Source: Thermoplasmatota archaeon (GTDB taxonomy: Archaea > Thermoplasmatota > Penumbrarchaeia > Penumbrarchaeales > Penumbrarchaeaceae). Taken from it: a stretch of DNA of 64,000 nt. Position 1 is the stretch's first letter, and the number at the start of each line of letters is the position of its first letter. The translations under genes and the position numbers were made by a program. The stretch spans positions 3,266 to 67,265 of the forward strand of contig JAFGLL010000121.1 in NCBI GenBank assembly GCA_016928095.1. Reading direction: 5' to 3'. Shown piece after piece: positions 59,164 to 64,000 of the stretch. Below the pieces are notes generated by a model that worked only from the letters and a program-made list of their open reading frames with translations, was not told the origin of the DNA and ran no database searches.

Positions 59164-60681
59164 TTAACAGAAAGATAGGTCGGACCGGTCCTTTTGAACC
59201 TCAAGATGTTCCTTTACAAACCGGTAAAGGTAGAACGAGCCGGTTGCGAGACCTATCTTGTCATCATACACCAGGTCGAGCCATTGGTCCACCGCTGTTC
59301 CGATATCCGGTCGAATGTGGACCTCCTCACTATCCAGACCTGACCTGACCACACCGTTCAAGAGGTCTTCCGGAGGCATCGCTCTGTCGTACGGCATGGT
59401 GGTCAGTATGATGGAAGCCACTTCGACCTTGAGGTTCCTCAGGAATCCCGCCACCTCCTTGTCCCCCATCATGGCCATCAGCAGGACGACCTTCCTTTCC
59501 GGATGGATGGAGCGAAGGGCTGACCCGATCGATCTCGCTGCTTCGATGTTGTGTCCTCCATCTACAAAGAGCTCCCGGCCATCATGCCGGAAAACCTCCA
59601 TCCTGCCGGGGATGGACACTTTCTTTAGACCGGTCTGCACCATCTCTCTCAGGTTGGCCGATGGATATTCCTTGACAACCCCCTCGATGCCGCCGGATAT
59701 GAAACTGGAGATGACCCCTGCATCCCCCTCTCGAAGCCTGGAATGATACAGTGCAAAGGGCAGAACAAGCAGGGACAGGCAGATACCGATGGCCATGTTG
59801 TATGCCTGATGGACTCCAACCAATGGCAACTCATAATCATGTCGTAGCACCTCATCGATGAGAGCGAACTTGGGTTCCTTCTGTCCGCCACGGGCAAACC
59901 CTGCCACATCCAGGGTAGCCCTAGTACCCGATGGACCGATCTGCGGATCGACCGATACGATCCTCCAGTCAGGAACCCTGTAAGAGGACAGCAGTTCCTT
60001 CTTCCTTTCCACATCTGCCTTCTTGGACACGAGAATGACAGGGCAGCCATTTTGTGTGCAACGGTCAAGTATCGTGCGGAGACACCTTTCTCCTTCTTGC
60101 AGATGGTTGCACACCTCTCCCACGACCACGGGAGTGGATGTCTTGATCACCCCGCATTTCTCCGAAGTTATCGACACCGGATCATAGCCCAGATGTTCCA
60201 TATGGTCCATGGAAATGCTCGTTATTGCTATCGCCTGTGGTTCCAGAACGTTGGTTGCATCCAGCCTGCCCCCCATCCCCACCTCGCTGATATTTATATC
60301 GACCTTGATCTCTTCCATTACAAGATAGGAAGCGGCCGTGAGCAGCTCGAAATATGTGAGTTCCTCTCGCATTCCGACGGCAAGGACCCTTGACATGGCC
60401 CGTCCCAGCGTCTCCCTGTCTATGTCCTTCTTGTCTATCCTGAGCCTTTCCAGTACGCTGATCAGATGAGGGCTGGTATACATTCCGGTCCTGAGAGGGA
60501 ACTCGCCCAGTATCGCTTCGACTATCACAGAGGTCGACCCTTTTCCGTTGGTCCCCCCTATATGTACTGAGGGAATGGAAAGGTGCGGGTCCTTCAAGGA
60601 CCGCATGATCTTTTCCATTCTCTCAAGCCCGGGGTCGATATTGAACATCCCCCTTGTCTCGAGGTATTCGAAGGGGTCCAT
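59164..60681 (-). CDS. folC: Folylpolyglutamate synthase/dihydrofolate synthase-like Mur-ligase family protein (FolC-like) with a ~70 aa C-terminal extension
   Basis: 'SIPSVHIGGTNGKGSTSVIVEAIL' (P-loop) and 'ISMDHMEHLG' (Mur ligase central domain). The C-terminal domain is present, and the 505 aa total is longer than the typical ~420-440. Confidence 0.75.
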   Translation of the reverse strand: MDPFEYLETRGMFNIDPGLERMEKIMRSLKDPHLSIPSVHIGGTNGKGSTSVIVEAILGEFPLRTGMYTSPHLISVLERLRIDKKDIDRETLGRAMSRVLAVGMREELTYFELLTAASYLVMEEIKVDINISEVGMGGRLDATNVLEPQAIAITSISMDHMEHLGYDPVSITSEKCGVIKTSTPVVVGEVCNHLQEGERCLRTILDRCTQNGCPVILVSKKADVERKKELLSSYRVPDWRIVSVDPQIGPSGTRATLDVAGFARGGQKEPKFALIDEVLRHDYELPLVGVHQAYNMAIGICLSLLVLPFALYHSRLREGDAGVISSFISGGIEGVVKEYPSANLREMVQTGLKKVSIPGRMEVFRHDGRELFVDGGHNIEAARSIGSALRSIHPERKVVLLMAMMGDKEVAGFLRNLKVEVASIILTTMPYDRAMPPEDLLNGVVRSGLDSEEVHIRPDIGTAVDQWLDLVYDDKIGLATGSFYLYRFVKEHLEVQKDRSDLSFC

Positions 60682-60759
60682 GGAAAACGAATCACAACCG
60701 CCTATTTAACCTGGATACACCGCGAAACGGTAAAATCCACCCAGTCGTATAAGGGAGCC

Positions 60760-61248
60760 ATGAAGGAATTGACGGTCAAGCACAGATCCCGGTTGAGGGT
60801 CAAGGATTCCAGGAAGGTCCAGGCCTGGATAGATGAGGAATGGGGCATTGCCGGACCAGAGGACCTCGACCTTGAGTCCTGCACCCTTGATGGTAAGCGG
60901 TCGTATATCCTGGACGGACAGGTGATCGGTATGGAGGAGGGACCCGGGTTCCTGTTGACGCTCAAGGGCATCCTGCGTCTGAAACCCTCGAAGAGATGGG
61001 TCACCGTCGACATGGGAGCCGTGAAGTATCTGGCCAATGGCGCCGATGTCATGGCCCCGGGGATCAATGATGCCGATCCCGGGATCGAGATCGGGGACCT
61101 GGTATGGGTCAGGGACGAGAGGAACCTCAGACCTCTTAGCGTGGGTCGTGCGCTGATGGCCGGGAAAATGATGGGGCCCGCCGTGTCCGGTAAGGCGGTC
61201 AAGACCATCCATTATGTTGGAGATCCAATTTGGAACACCTCAGTGTAA
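60760..61248 (+). CDS. PUA-domain RNA-binding protein (archaeal pre-PUA+PUA type)
   Basis: The likely start is 'MKELTVKHRSRLRVKDS', since the ORF-track start at 60583 overlaps folC by ~100 nt. The C-terminal PUA-like region is 'VTVDMGAVKYLANGADVMAPGINDADPGIEIGDLVWVRDERNLRPLSVGRALM'. Confidence 0.6.
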   Translation: MKELTVKHRSRLRVKDSRKVQAWIDEEWGIAGPEDLDLESCTLDGKRSYILDGQVIGMEEGPGFLLTLKGILRLKPSKRWVTVDMGAVKYLANGADVMAPGINDADPGIEIGDLVWVRDERNLRPLSVGRALMAGKMMGPAVSGKAVKTIHYVGDPIWNTSV

Positions 61249-61290
61249 GGAGGGGTAAAAGGTGGGAGGGATCGTCCGACCAAAATATTA

Positions 61291-62628
61291 ATGACCTTCG
61301 CCCCTTATCTCAACCCAAAGAAAGATCCCCGTAATGGATCCCACGGAGGTAAAAGAATGACGGTGCCACATTATGAGAACCTTTTCAGTAACAGAGCCAA
61401 CAAGATGAAAGCATCTGTGATCAGAGAGCTGTTGAAACTGACCCAGAAACCGGACATCATCTCGTTCGCCGGCGGCCTCCCCAATCCCCTGGCCTTTCCG
61501 GTCGAGAAGGTAGAGGAGATCATCTGTGATCTTCTCAAGGACGAGCCGACCAAGGCTCTTCAATATGGCTCCACCGAAGGAGTGACGGAGCTTAGGAACC
61601 AGATCGCCCAGAGGATGAAGAAGATATGGAACATCGACGGTGATGCGGAGAATGTCCTGATAACGACCGGATCACAACAGGGCCTGGACCTTCTGGGAAG
61701 ACTGTTCATAGGGTCGGCTTCGACCATCGTGATGGAAGCCCCTACTTATCTGGGCGCACTCAATGCGTTCAATGTTTACAGTCCTCAGATCGTATCGATA
61801 CCCCTTGATGATGATGGGATCAAGGTGGATCTCCTCCGTGACTATCTCATGAACGCTGTGAAGCACAATATCTACATCAAGTTCCTCTATACCATACCCA
61901 CTTTCCACAACCCCGCCGGTGTGTGTATGTCACTGTCCCGGAGGAAGAAGATAATAGACCTCGCTCACGAGTTCGACCTTGTTGTCATCGAGGACGATCC
62001 ATATGGTGAACTGAGATACACAGGAGAAACGCTACCCCCCCTCAAATCGCTGGATGACGGGGACCGTGTGATCTATCTTGGAACGTTCTCGAAAACGCTG
62101 GTTCCCGGTTTCAGGATAGCCTGGACATACGGTCCGAAGACCGTGATAGACAAGATGGTCATTGCCAAACAGGCGGTCGACCTCTGCACACCGCCGTTCA
62201 CCCAGTATGTGGCGAAGGAATATCTCAAGAGGGGATACATCGACCAGCATCTCACGAAGATCATATCCCTCTACGGAAAGAAACAGAGCATCATGACCAA
62301 GGCAATGAACGAGTACATGCCCCGGGAATACATCAGGTGGCCTGTACCCGAGGGTGGTATGTTCCTGTGGGCAACACTGAACGAGAACATCAACACCACA
62401 GATATGTTCAATGATGCATTGGCACAGAATGTGGCCTACGTCATAGGAAGTGCGTTCTTCGCGGACGGGTCGGGCACGAACTGCATGAGGCTCAATTTCA
62501 CCCACCCCACGGACGATCGAATAGTGGAGGGGGTCAAGAGGCTCTCGAATGTCGTTGAGAATTGGGGGAAGGCCAAGGCGACCGAGACGGCCGCTCCCAG
62601 GGAGCAGGAACTGATCACCGGTGTATGA
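61291..62628 (+). CDS. PLP-dependent aminotransferase, class I/II (2-aminoadipate/aromatic aminotransferase-like)
   Basis: 'SVIRELLKLTQKPDIISFAGGLPNPLAFP', 'VLITTGSQQGLDLL', the PLP-Lys context 'YLGTFSKTLVPGFRIAWTYG', and 'MRLNFTHP'. An alternative start is 'MTVPHYENLF' at 61357. Confidence 0.8.
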   Translation: MTFAPYLNPKKDPRNGSHGGKRMTVPHYENLFSNRANKMKASVIRELLKLTQKPDIISFAGGLPNPLAFPVEKVEEIICDLLKDEPTKALQYGSTEGVTELRNQIAQRMKKIWNIDGDAENVLITTGSQQGLDLLGRLFIGSASTIVMEAPTYLGALNAFNVYSPQIVSIPLDDDGIKVDLLRDYLMNAVKHNIYIKFLYTIPTFHNPAGVCMSLSRRKKIIDLAHEFDLVVIEDDPYGELRYTGETLPPLKSLDDGDRVIYLGTFSKTLVPGFRIAWTYGPKTVIDKMVIAKQAVDLCTPPFTQYVAKEYLKRGYIDQHLTKIISLYGKKQSIMTKAMNEYMPREYIRWPVPEGGMFLWATLNENINTTDMFNDALAQNVAYVIGSAFFADGSGTNCMRLNFTHPTDDRIVEGVKRLSNVVENWGKAKATETAAPREQELITGV

Positions 62629-62779
62629 GCTCTGACCTTAAAAAAAGAGATCCAATGACCTGATCACTATATTCCATGAAAAGCAGTGGATAATGTCCGT
62701 TCGGTAGTGTGGCGATGGTGGAAATATTAAAGTCCCCCTGCACTTTATCATCAAGCATCGAACAGGGGGAATAACAGGA

Positions 62780-63142
62780 ATGCCATCCGAAACGGTCATC
62801 AATGAGGATGGGTCCATCTCGGGTATTCACCAGGAGCAAAGAGGGAGCGTTCCGGCCCTGATCGCCTTGTACATTTCCGTCATCTCTTTCATCCTCTGGG
62901 CAATATATGTCCCCTTCACTTTCCATGAGATCGTCTCCCTGGCGTGCCTGGTTGCCGTCCTACCGGTTTGCTTCGTTCTTATAGTCATCTCCTTCATCCT
63001 CTCTCTGGTATCACTGCGTCTCGGTGCCGGAAAGCGGAGGGACAAGGCAATAATTGCCCTGGTCCTATCGATCGTCCAGGTGCTGATATGGATAGGGTGG
63101 GTAATATTCGGTACCATGTGGAATACCGGCATGCTGGAATGA
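62780..63142 (+). CDS. Small membrane protein (120 aa, 3 TM)
   Basis: Three hydrophobic helices. No family recognised. Confidence 0.4.
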   Translation: MPSETVINEDGSISGIHQEQRGSVPALIALYISVISFILWAIYVPFTFHEIVSLACLVAVLPVCFVLIVISFILSLVSLRLGAGKRRDKAIIALVLSIVQVLIWIGWVIFGTMWNTGMLE

Positions 63143-63342
63143 GCACATCGGTTCCTTCCGTTGTATACCTTCCACAGCTTGGGGATAGCAAAGATAATAT
63201 GTTCAAGACCGTATTAATGCCCTGAAATTCAAAAAGATCAGGGGGTGTTGATCTGCCAAAGAAGGAAAATAAGAGCAATGACGAGGATGAAGAGGCGGTC
63301 CTAAAGGAAAAGAAGTCCGCCAAGAAGAAAAAGGCAAAGAAG

Positions 63343-63861
63343 GTGGATGAGGAACGGATCGAAGAGAAAGAGGATGAAGAGGAAGAACCGGAGGAGGAAG
63401 AGGAAGAGGAAGAGGAAGAACCGGAAGAGGGCGAGGAGGAGGAAGAGGAGGAAGAGAAGCCGAAGAAGAAACCCCGGAAGGTCCCGAAGCCTCCAGAAGA
63501 AAAGGAGGAAGAAGAGATGGAAGCCCCCAATGCAGGAAAGGAAAAGCAATCCGCCGGGCTGGTCAAGTTCGGGATAATATGCGGGATATTCGGAGTCGCC
63601 GTCCTCCTGTTGAGAATAATACTTGATGTATTCAACTGGATAATACCCGGTGTTGCATGTCTTAGTTGCCTGCTTTGGCCGGTGTTCGCCCTCGGTGTCC
63701 TGGCTGCAATAGCCGCGATCGTTCTGGGAATAATCGGATTGGTTACCAGTGACGGAGGGGACAAGAAGAAGGCCTTTACAGCGATCGGTCTGGGTGTAGG
63801 TTACATAGTGCTCGGCATAGTTTGGGCCGTACTGTCTTTCATAATCGCTTGGTTGATATGA
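63343..63861 (+). CDS. Membrane protein with an extreme poly-Glu / Lys-Pro-rich N-terminal low-complexity region and a C-terminal 4-TM domain
   Basis: A ~60 aa E-rich run ('EEKEDEEEEPEEEEEEEEEEPEEGEEEEEEEEKPKKKPRKVPKPPEEKEEEE') encoded by GAG/GAA repeats, followed by four hydrophobic helices. Confidence 0.55.
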   Translation: MDEERIEEKEDEEEEPEEEEEEEEEEPEEGEEEEEEEEKPKKKPRKVPKPPEEKEEEEMEAPNAGKEKQSAGLVKFGIICGIFGVAVLLLRIILDVFNWIIPGVACLSCLLWPVFALGVLAAIAAIVLGIIGLVTSDGGDKKKAFTAIGLGVGYIVLGIVWAVLSFIIAWLI

Positions 63862-64000
63862 TCCGTAAGATAAGCCCGGCCATGTCCGGGCATCTTCTTT
63901 TTTTGAAAATATTTATAAAGCAATTCCAATTATCCACGTTTAAGTCTACTGGGGGTCAAATATGTCCTGGACCATGCAACAGGTAAGGGAACTCAAGGTC

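Noticed and set aside
63343-63540. Possible CRISPR-like or tandem-repeat array suggested by the repetitive gaggaagaggaa sequence
   Set aside because: It is a trinucleotide coding microsatellite with no ~30-bp repeat/spacer periodicity. No CRISPR repeats are visible anywhere in the window.
62994-63764. 256-aa minus-strand poly-Ser ORF, and 63347-63577 plus-strand Arg/Lys-rich ORF
   Set aside because: These are alternative-frame and antisense readings of the GAG/GAA microsatellite. The sense poly-Glu frame continues into a convincing TM domain and is preferred.

Overview
This is a 64-kb archaeal chromosomal window at roughly 55-60% GC. The archaeal assignment rests on a TATA-box binding protein, RNase P subunit Rpp21, the r-protein cluster L11-L1-P0(L10)-P1(L12) with the archaeal '...MAGLGALFG' tails, and an XPD/Rad3 FeS helicase. 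The gene content suggests a cell-wall-less Thermoplasmatota-like euryarchaeon, but that is inference, not proven: many giant C-terminally membrane-anchored surface proteins, a Tad/FlaI-FlaJ-like type IV pilus operon, an H+-pyrophosphatase and a thiolase/Hbd/crotonase trio. I support about 50 protein-coding genes and could not see any rRNA, tRNA, CRISPR array or obvious transposase by eye. The ORF track contains many long antisense 'shadow' ORFs, which is typical of GC-rich DNA, and I reject those. Six of its 5' ends look over-extended, and I give corrected starts for them. The most interesting content falls into seven groups. (1) A surface-protein island: six 875-1485 aa secreted beta-propeller/beta-helix/Ig-like proteins, each with a single C-terminal TM anchor, three of them with 90-130 aa acidic cytoplasmic tails; one sits 20 bp upstream of a double winged-helix regulator. 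(2) A divergent FtsZ/tubulin-superfamily GTPase with a ~280 aa non-FtsZ C-terminal domain. (3) An AmmeMemoRadiSam-type radical SAM enzyme that lacks AMMECR1/Memo partners and is instead translationally coupled to a DUF72 protein and a ThiI-like THUMP protein with a degenerate PP-loop. (4) An H+-PPase carrying a 184-aa N-terminal signal-anchored acidic extension. (5) An XPD helicase immediately followed by a Zn-ribbon + KaiC/RecA-like protein with a deviant Walker A. (6) A TBP-led gene string of two uncharacterised proteins, FolD and a Zn-ribbon membrane protein. (7) A pilus operon ending in a giant putative adhesin. All functional calls come from motifs I can read in the translations, and none were checked against a database.
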